Below, in pieces: positions 31,626-42,790 of a stretch of DNA of 64,000 bases. The stretch spans positions 1,732-65,731 of the forward strand of contig JAGNJD010000002.1 of the NCBI GenBank assembly GCA_018000835.1. The letters run 5' to 3'. The number at the start of each line of letters is the position of its first letter. Within the stretch, counting starts at the first letter, position 1. Made by a program: the position numbers and the translations under genes. The notes under the pieces were generated by a model. The model was not told the origin of the DNA. It did no database searches and saw nothing but the letters and a program-made list of their open reading frames with translations. The stretch comes from Candidatus Goldiibacteriota bacterium. GTDB taxonomy: Bacteria > Oederibacteriota > PGYV01 > DSYL01.

Positions 31626-32816
31626 TTACCATATTTTATTCCCCTCCGTATCAGTTTCCATTAAAAAATAATCCCCATTTATACCGGCAGAATATGTAGA
31701 CCCACCCACAATATAATTACCAGATGGTGAAATCAAACAGAACCTGCTCTCACTATCAGAAAATACCGAATTTCCAGTATATGTTTTTAACCATATTTCG
31801 TTTAAATCAATATCAAATTTAAGTAAAGCAATTTTACCATCAGACGTCCCATTTATGATAAAATCATGGGTTAACGTTTCGGCAATAGAAATAGTTCCAA
31901 AATTATAGAAATCATTCCATGTTTTTGTTGTCAAACAATTGCCATTATTATCTATTTTAAAAATTGTTACATCACTAGAACCTGCTAATGCTGCAATAAA
32001 ATTATCATTTGATGTTTTTATTAAAGCCCTTATAAAAACCCATAAACTATAATTATAATTCTTCTTCCATAATATATTCCCAGTTAAATCTATTTTTAAC
32101 AATGAAGCACTACTAGTCAAAATATAATAACTATTGCTATCGGCAACAATTGAATTATATTCAGCAAAAGAATCATACTGGTATGATTTTGTCCAGACAC
32201 AATTACCATCTGAATCTGTTTTTAATAAAAAACTTGACGAGTAACTATCTATACCTGTAATTATATATCCACCATCAATTGCTGGTATTGCACAATAACC
32301 ATATTCATCCGATGATTGAGCACCAAATGTTTTTTCCCATATTACATTTCCTGAGGGGTCTATTTTTAAATAATATAAATCACTTTCATAATTACCATAA
32401 ATATTAGTATAACCACATATTATAAAATTTCCATCAGTTGTAGGTCTTATTGAATTCGCTTCATCATGAAAAACTCCGCCATAAATTTTCTGCCATAATA
32501 GATTTCCATATAAATCAGTTTTCACAAGATATATATCACGATTTCCATTACTAAAAGAATCACTTCTGCCGACAATTAGATATCCATCGCCTGTGCATAC
32601 GGCAGAGTATGCCAAATCCATATTATTTCCACCATAATTTTTGAAATACAAAACCTGAGTCATTGAGGGAGTTATTTCAGGGGGTATATTTGTTGCCGTC
32701 GGAGTTACATCCACTTCTGGTATTGTAAGTAAATTCTTTTTATTTCCGCAATTGTTATATATAAAAATTACAAAAATAAAAAATAATATAATAAAAATTT
32801 TTTTCATATTTACCAT
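31626..32816 (-). CDS. Secreted beta-propeller repeat protein (SBBP-type repeats), paralog 1
   Basis: Signal peptide. About 6-7 repeats of D..GN..W.K.YGG....A.SI..T.DG.YII.G.T....G..D.YL.K.D..GN..W. Confidence 0.5.
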   Translation of the reverse strand: MVNMKKIFIILFFIFVIFIYNNCGNKKNLLTIPEVDVTPTATNIPPEITPSMTQVLYFKNYGGNNMDLAYSAVCTGDGYLIVGRSDSFSNGNRDIYLVKTDLYGNLLWQKIYGGVFHDEANSIRPTTDGNFIICGYTNIYGNYESDLYYLKIDPSGNVIWEKTFGAQSSDEYGYCAIPAIDGGYIITGIDSYSSSFLLKTDSDGNCVWTKSYQYDSFAEYNSIVADSNSYYILTSSASLLKIDLTGNILWKKNYNYSLWVFIRALIKTSNDNFIAALAGSSDVTIFKIDNNGNCLTTKTWNDFYNFGTISIAETLTHDFIINGTSDGKIALLKFDIDLNEIWLKTYTGNSVFSDSESRFCLISPSGNYIVGGSTYSAGINGDYFLMETDTEGNKIW

Positions 32817-32824
32817 TCACCTTT

Positions 32825-34069
32825 TTACCATATCTTATTTCCAGCACTATCAATTTTCATCATAAATCCTTTAGCAAGAAATTCAGGAGAATTAGCTATT
32901 CCACCAGCAATAACAAAGCAATTATCCAATGTTTTGCAAATGTCAATATAATATGGGTTGATTATATTATTCTCCGGCGGAATATACTTTTTTTGCCATA
33001 ATATATTTAAATTTTTATCTATTTTCATAATCGTTAAATTTGAATACAAAGTCCCATTGATAAGACTGTAACTTCCACAACCAACAATATAATTTCCATC
33101 CCCGGCAGAAATTATTTTTTTTCCATAATCCATTGAAAGTTCCTCGCCAATTATTTTTCTTGTTATTTCACTTCCTGATGAATCAACTTTCATTAATAAA
33201 ATTTTAGAACTATCCGGAGTATAGGTATCGCCAACAATAATAATACCGTCATCTGTTTCTACAATTGAATATGCGCTGTCATCAGCCACAGAGCCATAAG
33301 CATTTTGCCATAGAAAATTTCCATAATAATCTATTTTTATAATATAAAAATCATCATAACCAGAACCAAAAGAATTTGTATCTCCACATAATAAAAAATT
33401 ATTATTTGAAGTTTTTATCATCTGTATTGGTGATTCCCAACCGCTTCCACCATAAGATTTCACATTAATACAATTGCCATTGAAATCTGTTAATAAAAAT
33501 AAAAACTGTTGTGAATAATCATCATGAATGGAACCATATAAAGCATAACCGTTAGATACGGAAATAATTGAACAAATATCCTCAAAATAATTCCATGAAC
33601 CCAGTTCGTATGCTCTCGTCCAAACACAATCGCCATCTGCATCTGCTTTCATAATAAATCCCATATAATTTAAATTATAACCAATAATATAATTATTGTC
33701 CGTGGTTTGAATGATTGAATACCCCTCATCATAACTGTAATCTCCCAAAATTTTACTCCACTGCTCATTGCCAAAACTGTCGGTTTTTAAAAACCATACA
33801 TCCACATCATTAGTCTGTGGTCCCGATATATCACCAATCAAAGCAAAACCACCATCTGATGTTTGAATGACCTGTTTGAACTGACTATAATTTGAAGACA
33901 CGTAAATTTTTGTTGGCCATTCATTTACCGGAGTAGTAGTTGGAATAACTGTTCCTGTTGGAGAAACTATCGGAGAAGTGGGTCCTTTTAATGCTTCTTT
34001 TTTCGTGCAGGAAAAAAATATTAATAAAACAAATATAAACGGTGCTATTATTTCAATTATTTTTTTCAT
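32825..34069 (-). CDS. Secreted beta-propeller repeat protein (SBBP-type repeats), paralog 2
   Basis: Same repeat architecture as 31626..32816 (SFGNEQWSK..., ADGDCVWTR..., FNGNCINVK..., YYGNFLWQN...). It is a tandem paralog. Confidence 0.5.
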   Translation of the reverse strand: MKKIIEIIAPFIFVLLIFFSCTKKEALKGPTSPIVSPTGTVIPTTTPVNEWPTKIYVSSNYSQFKQVIQTSDGGFALIGDISGPQTNDVDVWFLKTDSFGNEQWSKILGDYSYDEGYSIIQTTDNNYIIGYNLNYMGFIMKADADGDCVWTRAYELGSWNYFEDICSIISVSNGYALYGSIHDDYSQQFLFLLTDFNGNCINVKSYGGSGWESPIQMIKTSNNNFLLCGDTNSFGSGYDDFYIIKIDYYGNFLWQNAYGSVADDSAYSIVETDDGIIIVGDTYTPDSSKILLMKVDSSGSEITRKIIGEELSMDYGKKIISAGDGNYIVGCGSYSLINGTLYSNLTIMKIDKNLNILWQKKYIPPENNIINPYYIDICKTLDNCFVIAGGIANSPEFLAKGFMMKIDSAGNKIW

Positions 34070-34075
34070 TTATAT

Positions 34076-34723
34076 TCACTTTTTTTGTATTAAAAAATTC
34101 ATTCCAATACCCATAAACATATTTTCTGCAACATTGTTATAGTTACATTCAATTAAAATTCCGAAATTATCCAGTAAAAAATATTTCAATCCCGCTTTGA
34201 TGAAAAAACCAAAATCATAATAATTTACCTGTTTATTTATATAATCCCCCTCATCTCCATAAACAGTATATGTTACTATTTTATTATTCCCCAGACCAGT
34301 TTGTAAACCAGCATCAGCGCCGCAATAAAATAAAAAATTATTGTTATAATAATAATTTAAATTAAAACCCACTCCGGAATATATAAATAGAATGTTTGAA
34401 TCATAATCCATAAATTTAGAACCATCGGGATAATAATATTTACCCATAAAAATCACATCAGGGAGAAACCATAATTTAGGATAAAAATCCAGAAAATTAT
34501 TTAATTTAAAAATTACAGATATTTCTCCGGCAATTTCAGCCAAAGTTTTTTGTGATTCTCCGGTATAATTCGGCAAAAGAACTATTTTATTAATTTCAAA
34601 TATTCTGTCATTATAATCTTCTATTTTTATTGTTTGACACCCTGTCTTTATTTCAATATTATATGAAAAAATGTGAAAAACAAATAATAAATATGAAAAT
34701 AAAATGAGTAAAATTTTATTCAT
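34076..34723 (-). CDS. Small secreted, possible outer-membrane beta-barrel protein
   Basis: Signal peptide. Tyr/Gly/Asn-rich alternating pattern. Located immediately downstream of the 1036-aa CTD cargo gene. Weak assignment. Confidence 0.3.
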   Translation of the reverse strand: MNKILLILFSYLLFVFHIFSYNIEIKTGCQTIKIEDYNDRIFEINKIVLLPNYTGESQKTLAEIAGEISVIFKLNNFLDFYPKLWFLPDVIFMGKYYYPDGSKFMDYDSNILFIYSGVGFNLNYYYNNNFLFYCGADAGLQTGLGNNKIVTYTVYGDEGDYINKQVNYYDFGFFIKAGLKYFLLDNFGILIECNYNNVAENMFMGIGMNFLIQKK

Positions 34724-34985
34724 ATTTAAACCTTCTTTATAAATAATTTATATATATAATTATACAAAAAACATATATAAAAAACAATGTTTTTTATCCG
34801 GAGGTTAGTGTATAACATTGTGCGTGAATTGCTCCCTGCCTTCACAGGCGGGAATTTCCGTAAAGGGAAATTAAATGCTTTTCCGATTTACACACCGATA
34901 TTATGATTTAATTATCAACCGTTAATGATTTTTAATTGATAATTATTCATATTATGGCAACAGGCAATCGAAATCGGCAATTTAT

Positions 34986-37900
34986 TTATTTCAATATTAC
35001 CAGATATTCCGGTCTGGATCTAATCTTACCATCTTTCCCTTTTGCTTCTATTACAAAATAATAAATTCCATTGGCAAGTCTGGATAATGTTTCTCTACCG
35101 AGCGTTGAAATCTTCAGTCCTGCATCTATATTTTGTTCTATTGTTTCATTTAATATCAACCTGAAAGATGCAGAATAAATTTTTATTCTAACTTCACTGC
35201 AATGCTGTGTAACATAATATCTAATTCTCAAGTCGTTTATGGATTTTGGATTATATGGATGTGGATATATTCTTATATTTTTAATTACCAATTCCGGTTC
35301 TTCCGGTGCAGGCGTATTTGTCGGTGTATTTGTAGGGGTTGGAATCGTCTGCGTGACCGTCCATGTCGGTGTTGATGTGAAAGACGATGTATATGTCGGT
35401 GTATTTGTAGATGTTGGCGGTGTTCCTGTAATTGTAGGTGTTATTGTAAAAGTCCTTGTTACTGAATACGTAGGCGAAATTGTCGATGTATATAATGGTC
35501 CGGGGGGAGAATACCATACGTCATTTGTCGTTGACCCCATTGAATCAAAACCAGCTATTACCCATAATCTACCGGAATAAAAAAGTAACTCAAATGCAAC
35601 ACGTGGAGTAAAATTAGTCGAACTGCTTAACTGTGTCCAGTTTATACCGTCAGGTGACACCCATACATCATTTAAAAAAACAGAACCATTATATCCGCCT
35701 ATCATCCATAACAAACCATTATAATATATTAATCCATTTAACATTCTTTTCGTATATGCAGTTGATGCTGTTTCCTGAGTCCAATTTATTCCATTGTTTG
35801 AAGACCAAACATCATTTAAATAATTGTCGTTAATATCATATCCATTAAATATAAATAGTTTTCCATTTAAAACGGCGGACGAAAAACCATATCTTGCGTT
35901 GAAACCGGCGAATGGTGTTTCCTGCGTCCAGTTAATACCATCAGCAGATGACCAAACGTCATTAAAATATTCACCCGCTATATTAGTGCCGCCAATAACC
36001 CAAATTTTGTTATTAAAAACAATGCTTGTATGCCAATAGCGCGGAGAAAAAGTCGCCGCTGCAGTTTCCTGCACCCAGTTAATTCCATCGGAAGACGACC
36101 ACACGTCATTATAGACCGGCATTGGAAAAATATCAGTTCCTCCAATAACCCATAACTTACCATTAAAGGTCACCGTTGAATGAAATGCTCTCGGAGAAAA
36201 ACCAGCGGCTACTGTTTCCTGAATCCAATTTATGCCATCGTTTGAACTCCAGATATCATTATGTGTAATAAATGAATCATCAAGTCCACCAATTACCCAC
36301 ATTTTTCCATTAAATACTGCACCTGTATGTCCATATCTTGGTGTGAAATTTGCATTTCCAGTTGCAAGCACCCAATCTATTCCCATTGTTGGCAGAGTCA
36401 ATGGCGTGCATGTTGCTGAAACAGTTGGAGAGATTGTAAAAGTAGCTGAAATGGAATGCGTGGGCGATATCGTTGATGTTGGAGTTATTGTCCCACTATT
36501 TGTGAATGTAGGTGAAATTGAGTGCGTTGGTGATATTGTCGGAGTATTTGTATAAATTACTGTTAAATTTAAATAATATGAATGTATAATATTGTCGTTT
36601 CCATATTCTATTACCCTCGCATAATACGTTCCTGGTCCTAATGTCATTGAAATTCGTGAATATAAATTAGAACCGCCATCATCATCATAACCAATCTGAT
36701 TTGTCCCTGTTGAATCATAAAAATAAAGAACCGTATCATCTCCACCAGACCCACTTGTTTCAAGTATTATATTAGCATAATCAGTTAATGTAAAAGTCAC
36801 CCAGTCATTATCTCCCGCTGGATTTATACTGTGCGTCTGTTGAACACCGCTTATTATTGTCTTTGCTTCCGGATAAGAATTATCCGGCTCATATATATCT
36901 AATACCGGTGTTGTATAAGTTACTGTTAAATTCAAATAATAAGTATTTATAATATCATTATTTCCAAATTCTTCAACCCTCGCATAATACGTTCCTGGTC
37001 CTAATGTCATTGAAATTCGTGAATATAAATTAAAAGCGCCATCATCATTATAACCAATCTGATTTGTCCCTGTTGAATCATAAAGATAAAGAACCGTATC
37101 ATCTCCACCAGACCCACTTGTTTCAAGTATTATATTAGCATAATCAGTTAATGTAAAAGTCACCCAGTCATTATCTCCCGCTGGATTTATACTGTGCGTC
37201 TGTTGCACTCCACTTATTATTGTCTTTGCTTCCGGATAAGAATTATCCGGCTCATAAGCATCCAGCACCATTGTTGGTGTCCGGGTTGATGTCGATAGCG
37301 GAGTAAATGTTGTGGTCGGAGTCCTTGTCGATGTCCATGTCGGCGTCGCTGAATATGTTGGCGAAATTGTTCTGGTTGGGGATATAGTATATGTATTTGT
37401 TGCTGAAACATACGGAGTATTGGTTTCTGTCATAAAAATTGTTATAGTGTGTGTCGGAGTTATTGTTTGTGTAATGCTCTGCATAGGAGTTATTGTAGCA
37501 GAACCTGCCTGCACATAATCAATTACAAGATAAGGAGTATAACCAGCGCCGCTTTCCCTTGAATATAAAACCGCCTGATAATTTGTTGTCAGGCTGATTC
37601 TCAAACCATAATTAGGCCCTGCTTTCCAGTTGTTTACTATATCCGTGATATCAACTGAATAATAACCTGTTGTTGAATCTAAAATATTGGCCGCCGCCGT
37701 TGTTCCAATGACTCCAGGCATATTTTCATAAGTAAGCCCTGTCTCCGTCCAATCAGAAGCACATTGCATAAATCCCAGCGCAGGGTTGCCCATACTATAC
37801 CCTGAATTAAAATACAAAATTGCATTATTTATTGTTCCGGCAGGTAAATCACTGGATGAAAATTTTATAAAAGAATAATTATAAATTGGCGGCCAGTTTA

Positions 37901-38096
37901 CAACCGACATTACAGGCAATGTCCCGCTATTTAGTGTAGGCGAAGAAGAATCTGCAAAAGTATCTTCAACAGGATAAATCGTTATTATATCTGCATGGGT
38001 AGTAAAAAAAATAAAAAATAAAAAATAAAATAAAAAATTTTTTTTTACTGCAGAGATTCCCAATTTTGATTTATAATTCACCGCCATTTTTCTCAC
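34986..38096 (-). CDS. Large secreted protein: N-terminal beta-sandwich domain, two tandem pre-peptidase C-terminal (PPC) domains, Kelch-type beta-propeller, Thr/Pro/Ser linkers and T9SS-type C-terminal sorting domain
   Basis: Two nearly identical PPC domains (YEPDNSYPEAKTI...DNDWVTFTL...GTYYARV). Six Kelch-like blades (PRYGHTGAVFNGKMWVIGG, PRAFHSTVTFNGKLWVIGG, ...). C-terminal IRIYPHPYNP...VRIKIYSASFRLI...GIYYFVIEAKG CTD. Confidence 0.65.
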   Translation of the reverse strand: MRKMAVNYKSKLGISAVKKNFLFYFLFFIFFTTHADIITIYPVEDTFADSSSPTLNSGTLPVMSVVNWPPIYNYSFIKFSSSDLPAGTINNAILYFNSGYSMGNPALGFMQCASDWTETGLTYENMPGVIGTTAAANILDSTTGYYSVDITDIVNNWKAGPNYGLRISLTTNYQAVLYSRESGAGYTPYLVIDYVQAGSATITPMQSITQTITPTHTITIFMTETNTPYVSATNTYTISPTRTISPTYSATPTWTSTRTPTTTFTPLSTSTRTPTMVLDAYEPDNSYPEAKTIISGVQQTHSINPAGDNDWVTFTLTDYANIILETSGSGGDDTVLYLYDSTGTNQIGYNDDGAFNLYSRISMTLGPGTYYARVEEFGNNDIINTYYLNLTVTYTTPVLDIYEPDNSYPEAKTIISGVQQTHSINPAGDNDWVTFTLTDYANIILETSGSGGDDTVLYFYDSTGTNQIGYDDDGGSNLYSRISMTLGPGTYYARVIEYGNDNIIHSYYLNLTVIYTNTPTISPTHSISPTFTNSGTITPTSTISPTHSISATFTISPTVSATCTPLTLPTMGIDWVLATGNANFTPRYGHTGAVFNGKMWVIGGLDDSFITHNDIWSSNDGINWIQETVAAGFSPRAFHSTVTFNGKLWVIGGTDIFPMPVYNDVWSSSDGINWVQETAAATFSPRYWHTSIVFNNKIWVIGGTNIAGEYFNDVWSSADGINWTQETPFAGFNARYGFSSAVLNGKLFIFNGYDINDNYLNDVWSSNNGINWTQETASTAYTKRMLNGLIYYNGLLWMIGGYNGSVFLNDVWVSPDGINWTQLSSSTNFTPRVAFELLFYSGRLWVIAGFDSMGSTTNDVWYSPPGPLYTSTISPTYSVTRTFTITPTITGTPPTSTNTPTYTSSFTSTPTWTVTQTIPTPTNTPTNTPAPEEPELVIKNIRIYPHPYNPKSINDLRIRYYVTQHCSEVRIKIYSASFRLILNETIEQNIDAGLKISTLGRETLSRLANGIYYFVIEAKGKDGKIRSRPEYLVILK
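36540..37268. repeat. Intragenic tandem duplication (~363 bp x 2) encoding the two PPC domains
   Basis: Near-identical DNA blocks (for example gtcacccagtcattatctcccgctggatttatactgtgcgtctgttg...ggataagaattatccggctcata at about 36810-36900 and again at about 37160-37250). The encoded 121-aa units are >90% identical. Confidence 0.8.
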
Positions 38097-38241
38097 ATTG
38101 ATTCCTTATTTTATAATGTAGGGCACCCACGGGGTTACACCCGTGGTTTTCAAAGCGCTATTTGCATAAATTATATATTTAATTATACATTAAAAAATTG
38201 CAAAAAACAATAAATTTTCTGATTTATGTCATCTACGAATT

Positions 38242-38264
38242 AAAAACGGCACGTTTGTGCCCAT
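38242..38264 (-). terminator. Candidate rho-independent terminator after the YfhO-like gene
   Basis: Minus-sense gggcac-aaac-gtgcc hairpin followed by gttttta. A second palindrome, cacgggg-ttaca-cccgtg, lies at 38125-38150. Confidence 0.4.
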
Positions 38265-38281
38265 GGAAAGAATCAAAAAAA

Positions 38282-39124
38282 TTACTGATAGGCACAAAAA
38301 AATGAAACCGATTTTATAGGTTCAAAAAATCCATAATTAAAAATCCGGATATCGGCACCGCTTCTCCACGAATATCTGAAATATTCTGCCGTAGGAAACA
38401 GTTGCAAAGCCCCGAGAAATATCGTCAGGCAACATGCAGCAACAAAATAAATTATTTTATCGCTTCTTTTTTTGCTGTTTTCCTGTATCAGTTCAAAAAT
38501 AAAATAAATACCGCCGGCCAATATGGTATAAAAAGTTATCTGGATGCCGAGACATAAAATCTGCATTGCAAAAAGAACCGATATGTTTAAAAAACTGATG
38601 AACCTGCCTCCGTCTATGCCTCTCTTTATAAAATAAAAAACAAACGGAATAAATGATACTGCTTTAATGATTCCCATTATTCCTGAATTAACGAAAAAAA
38701 CAAGCATACAACTTGTCATAAAAATAAATCCGCCAAAAAAACATGAAAATGGATGGAGTCGTAATGCGCTTAGAAAACAATACGTCCCTGTCCCTGCTAT
38801 AAAAAGATGAATGATGATATCAAACGTATAAGTATATGCAGGATGAATTGGAAGCATCATATAAATAAAATTTAGAGGATAAAAATATTCAATGTTTGAA
38901 GAATCTATCAATGGAATGCCGTTTAATATGCCGGGAAGCCATACGGGCATTGATTTATATGTATCAAACGTTGATTTTGCAAATATTCTAAAAGGAAGAC
39001 TTAAAGTATCTATGTCATAGCCGGAAAGGAACATTCCTTTTCTTAATCCATCTTTAAACAATAAAATAAGTGCAAATAAATAACACAGAACAAAAATAAT
39101 TTTTTCTTTTATATTTATCTTCAT
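38282..39124 (-). CDS. Polytopic membrane protein resembling the N-terminal ~280 aa of YfhO-family proteins (possibly truncated)
   Basis: About 7 TM helices. The N-terminal region (GMFLSGYDIDTLSLPFRIF...) resembles the start of YfhO/DUF2298-type glycosyltransferase-like membrane proteins, which are normally >700 aa. Confidence 0.35.
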   Translation of the reverse strand: MKINIKEKIIFVLCYLFALILLFKDGLRKGMFLSGYDIDTLSLPFRIFAKSTFDTYKSMPVWLPGILNGIPLIDSSNIEYFYPLNFIYMMLPIHPAYTYTFDIIIHLFIAGTGTYCFLSALRLHPFSCFFGGFIFMTSCMLVFFVNSGIMGIIKAVSFIPFVFYFIKRGIDGGRFISFLNISVLFAMQILCLGIQITFYTILAGGIYFIFELIQENSKKRSDKIIYFVAACCLTIFLGALQLFPTAEYFRYSWRSGADIRIFNYGFFEPIKSVSFFCAYQ

Positions 39125-39125
39125 T

Positions 39126-41135
39126 TTAAATTTTTAACCTGTATTCCTTTTTCTTTTTGCTTTTCACGCCAGTTGCCCTTATCTCTTCAATTTTATCCCG
39201 TAATATTGCCGCTTTCTCAAAATTCAGTTTTTTTGCTTCATTTATCATCTCTTTTTCTATCTGGGCTATCAGGTCATTCTTATCTTTATATGAATATTCC
39301 CTTTCTTCTTCTAATAATGGAATCGTAAAATAATCCATGGAACAAACGTCCGTCATTACGTTTTTTATTTCTTTTTGTATAGTCCTTGGAGTAATGTTAT
39401 ATTTTTTATTATATGCCAGTTGTTTTTTTCTGCGACGTTCTGTTTCTTCTATCGCTTTTTTCATTGAATCGGTTATCTTATCGGCATACATTAAAACTGT
39501 CCCGTTTGCATTTCTCGCAGCCCTCCCTATAGTCTGGATAAGAGATGTAGTGGAACGCAGAAAACCCTCTTTATCCGCATCCAGTATTGCAACCAGGGAA
39601 ACTTCCGGCAAATCAAGCCCCTCTCGCAGTAAATTAATTCCAATCAGGGCTGTAAATTTTCCCTGCCTTAATTCCCTGATTATTTTTACGCGTTCAAGCG
39701 TTTCTACGTCTGAATGCAAATAACTGCATTTTATTCTTTTTTCTTTTAAAAAAGACGTAAGTCCTTCTGCCATTTTTTTGGTAAGCGTGGTAACAAGAAC
39801 GCGCTCGTTTTTTTCTTCCCGTTTTAGGATTTCCGTCATTAAATCTTCTATCTGGCCTTTTGTATTTCTGACTATAACCAGGGGGTCAACCAGCCCGGTC
39901 GGCCTTACTATCTGTTCTATAACGTTACTTTTTCCGGATTTACCGATTTCGTATTCATCAGGAGTGGCAGACACAAAAACAACCTGGTTTATTTTTTTTT
40001 CAAACTCCTCAAATTTTAAAGGCCTGTTGTCGTAAGAACATGGCAGTCTGAAACCATAATCAACAAGATTTTTTTTTCTTGAATAATCACCTGCATACAT
40101 GCCATGAATCTGGGGGATTGTAACGTGGGATTCGTCAATGAACATCAAAAAATCTTCCGGGAAATAGTCAATTAAAGTATACGGCGGTTCGCCCGGTTTT
40201 CTGCCGTCTATTATGCGTGAATAATTTTCAATGCCCTTACAATATCCCATTTCAAGTAGCATTTCCATATCATAATTCGTCCTTGCCTTTAACCTCTCGT
40301 ATTCTACGGGGTTATCTTTATATACGTTCAATCTTTCGTTTAATTCTTTTTCAATGTCACGAACGACCCGTTCAATCGTATTTTGGGGCATTACGTAATG
40401 CGTTGCAGAATATACGACCGTACGTTTTAATTTATTAAGGACGTTTTTATTAACCGGTTCTATTTCATAAATGCCGTCAATTTCATTTCCGGACATGTCA
40501 ATTCTGACCGCAGTAGTTGAATAAGCAGGAAAAATCTCCACTACGTCGCCTTTTATCCTGAATATTCCCTGGGTAAATTCAAATTCATTTCTTTTATATT
40601 GCATCTGAACCAGTTTATCCGCAATTTCGTTTATGGTAATTTCCATCCCCTCTTCAAGATATAAAACTTCTTTTTTATAATTGTGAGGCGAACCAATGCC
40701 GTATATGCAGGACACGCTTGCAACTATTATAACGTCCCTCCTTGTCATTAACTTGTGAGTTGCTGCAAGCCTCATTCTTTCAAGTTCGTCGTTTATTGAC
40801 GAATCCTTTTCAATATATAAATCTCTCTGAGGTATGTATGCTTCCGGCTGATAATAATCATAGTAGGATACAAAATATTCAACTGCATTATCCGGAAAAA
40901 ATTCCCTGAACTCCATATATAACTGGGCTGCAAGCGTCTTATTGTGTGATATCACAAGTGTCGGCTTGTTCATTTCTTCTATGACCCTGGCCATTGTAAA
41001 AGTTTTACCGGAACCGGTAACGCCAAGCAGCGTCTGAAATTTTTCGTTCTCCGACAATCCTTTAACAAGAGATTTTATGGCTTTGGGCTGATCCCCTGCT
41101 GGTTTAAAATTCGTTTTTAATTTGAATTTATTCAT
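39126..41135 (-). CDS. uvrB: Excinuclease ABC subunit B
   Basis: Walker A GVTGSGKT, helicase motifs, a beta-hairpin region and a C-terminal UvrB/UvrC interaction motif ([14 protein letters not shown]). Confidence 0.95.
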   Translation of the reverse strand: MNKFKLKTNFKPAGDQPKAIKSLVKGLSENEKFQTLLGVTGSGKTFTMARVIEEMNKPTLVISHNKTLAAQLYMEFREFFPDNAVEYFVSYYDYYQPEAYIPQRDLYIEKDSSINDELERMRLAATHKLMTRRDVIIVASVSCIYGIGSPHNYKKEVLYLEEGMEITINEIADKLVQMQYKRNEFEFTQGIFRIKGDVVEIFPAYSTTAVRIDMSGNEIDGIYEIEPVNKNVLNKLKRTVVYSATHYVMPQNTIERVVRDIEKELNERLNVYKDNPVEYERLKARTNYDMEMLLEMGYCKGIENYSRIIDGRKPGEPPYTLIDYFPEDFLMFIDESHVTIPQIHGMYAGDYSRKKNLVDYGFRLPCSYDNRPLKFEEFEKKINQVVFVSATPDEYEIGKSGKSNVIEQIVRPTGLVDPLVIVRNTKGQIEDLMTEILKREEKNERVLVTTLTKKMAEGLTSFLKEKRIKCSYLHSDVETLERVKIIRELRQGKFTALIGINLLREGLDLPEVSLVAILDADKEGFLRSTTSLIQTIGRAARNANGTVLMYADKITDSMKKAIEETERRRKKQLAYNKKYNITPRTIQKEIKNVMTDVCSMDYFTIPLLEEEREYSYKDKNDLIAQIEKEMINEAKKLNFEKAAILRDKIEEIRATGVKSKKKKEYRLKI

Positions 41136-41159
41136 TTTTAATGAAAATTGAACGGCAAT

Positions 41160-42701
41160 CTAATTATTTTTACGTTTTTCAATTTCTTTGATGATTTGTT
41201 TTACTTCAGGATGATCCGGATATTTTTCTACGAGTTTATTATAAATATTCATTGCTTCTTTAAGCACGTTCTGATTAATGTATATGTATGCAGTGGTTAT
41301 CAGGGAATCCAGCGTCTCGTTATTTACAATTATGTCATCCTGAGGTTTTATTTCTACTTCGCCTATGTCGTCAACTATATTTTCTTCCCTGTCTTTAGAT
41401 TTTGCTTCTGGTTTTTCTTCTTTCTTTGACGTCTCTTTTATGTATGTCAATGGTTTTGTTCCCGGTATGTTTTTACCTTCGCCTATTTTCGGACTTTCGT
41501 AGGTCTTTTTTAAAACGTCGTTCAAATCGGTCGTTGAAGTTTTTGCCGCGTCTTTCATAAAAGGTAATTCGATTTTTTCATCGTTTTTTGTCTCTATACC
41601 CTGGATCACTTCCTTTTGTTTTTTCCACTTTTCAATTGCCTCCTTTTTAATCTTTTCAAGGAGTTCGCGTTTTTTGGCTTCCTGTTCTTTCATTATTCTT
41701 TGTATTTCTTCTTCTTTTAATTTTTCCTTCTTATGGGCTTCGTCAAGTTTTTGTTTTAATTCTTCTGCTGCTTTCTGGATTATTTCCATTTCCTTTGCTT
41801 CGTATTCTTTTTGTATTTTTGCTTCTTCTTCCATAAGTCGCATTGCTCTTTCTTCTTCTTCCTGAATAATTTTTATGTGTTTTTCTTCAATCGCTTTTCT
41901 TTTTGCCTCTTCAATTTTATCAAAAGGAGACATATCTAATTTCTGCCACACTTGTTCGCCTTCTGATTTTTTGGCAATAAGACGATATATTTCATGAAGT
42001 TTCTCCCTTAATTTCTGGTTACCAGGTGCAAGTTTTAAAGCAGTTATATACGTTTCAACGGCGCCGTCATAATCTTCGTTATCCAGATAATTTTGTGCCA
42101 TTTTTTCAAATTTTTCTAATAATTCGTTCTGCGTCTCTGTCTTTGGTACTTTTTGTTCTGCAAGTTGTTTCTCTCTCTCCTTATATTTTTCCTCTTCCTC
42201 GGACAATTCTTTTAATTTTAAACCTATCGGGAATTCCTCATTTTCAAAATCCCTGATATCTTCGTAAAGTTCCCTTGCTTCTTTGTATTCATGCTGCAAT
42301 GTTTTTCTTTCCGCTTCATGGACGAGCAATCGCAAAGTTGCTTTTAATTTATTTTTCAACCGTAAATCATCCGGAAATATTTTTATTATCTTTTTGCATA
42401 ATTTAATTATTCTGGACAACTGACCTTTGGATTCAAGAATAGAAATGCCATTAATATAAGCATCTATTGCTTTCCCTTTCATTTCTGCCTTTAAATAAGC
42501 ATCCCCAAGCATGTTAAATACATTAAAATCGTCTTTTTCACCTTCTGCCAGTTGCTGGTATAGTTCTATTGCCTTTTTATAATCCTTATTCTGATAATAC
42601 TGATATGCCAGCTTTACGTATAATGTTTTTTCTTCTGGTGTCACATAAACCTCGCATAATTTAGTTTTACATATTATAATATTACACAAAAATATTGTCA
42701 A
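41160..42701 (-). CDS. TPR-repeat protein with central Glu/Lys-rich coiled-coil region
   Basis: N- and C-terminal TPR motifs (AIELYQQLAEGEK..., AMNIYNKLVEKYPDHPE...) and a long E/K-rich helical middle. Confidence 0.5.
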   Translation of the reverse strand: MTIFLCNIIICKTKLCEVYVTPEEKTLYVKLAYQYYQNKDYKKAIELYQQLAEGEKDDFNVFNMLGDAYLKAEMKGKAIDAYINGISILESKGQLSRIIKLCKKIIKIFPDDLRLKNKLKATLRLLVHEAERKTLQHEYKEARELYEDIRDFENEEFPIGLKLKELSEEEEKYKEREKQLAEQKVPKTETQNELLEKFEKMAQNYLDNEDYDGAVETYITALKLAPGNQKLREKLHEIYRLIAKKSEGEQVWQKLDMSPFDKIEEAKRKAIEEKHIKIIQEEEERAMRLMEEEAKIQKEYEAKEMEIIQKAAEELKQKLDEAHKKEKLKEEEIQRIMKEQEAKKRELLEKIKKEAIEKWKKQKEVIQGIETKNDEKIELPFMKDAAKTSTTDLNDVLKKTYESPKIGEGKNIPGTKPLTYIKETSKKEEKPEAKSKDREENIVDDIGEVEIKPQDDIIVNNETLDSLITTAYIYINQNVLKEAMNIYNKLVEKYPDHPEVKQIIKEIEKRKNN

Positions 42702-42790
42702 ACGTAATGCGTCCGTTATGGCAATCTTTACTCCGTTTTTATACGATACTCTTGTTGCATAACGTAATCTGCCTGTATTTATTACAAAAA

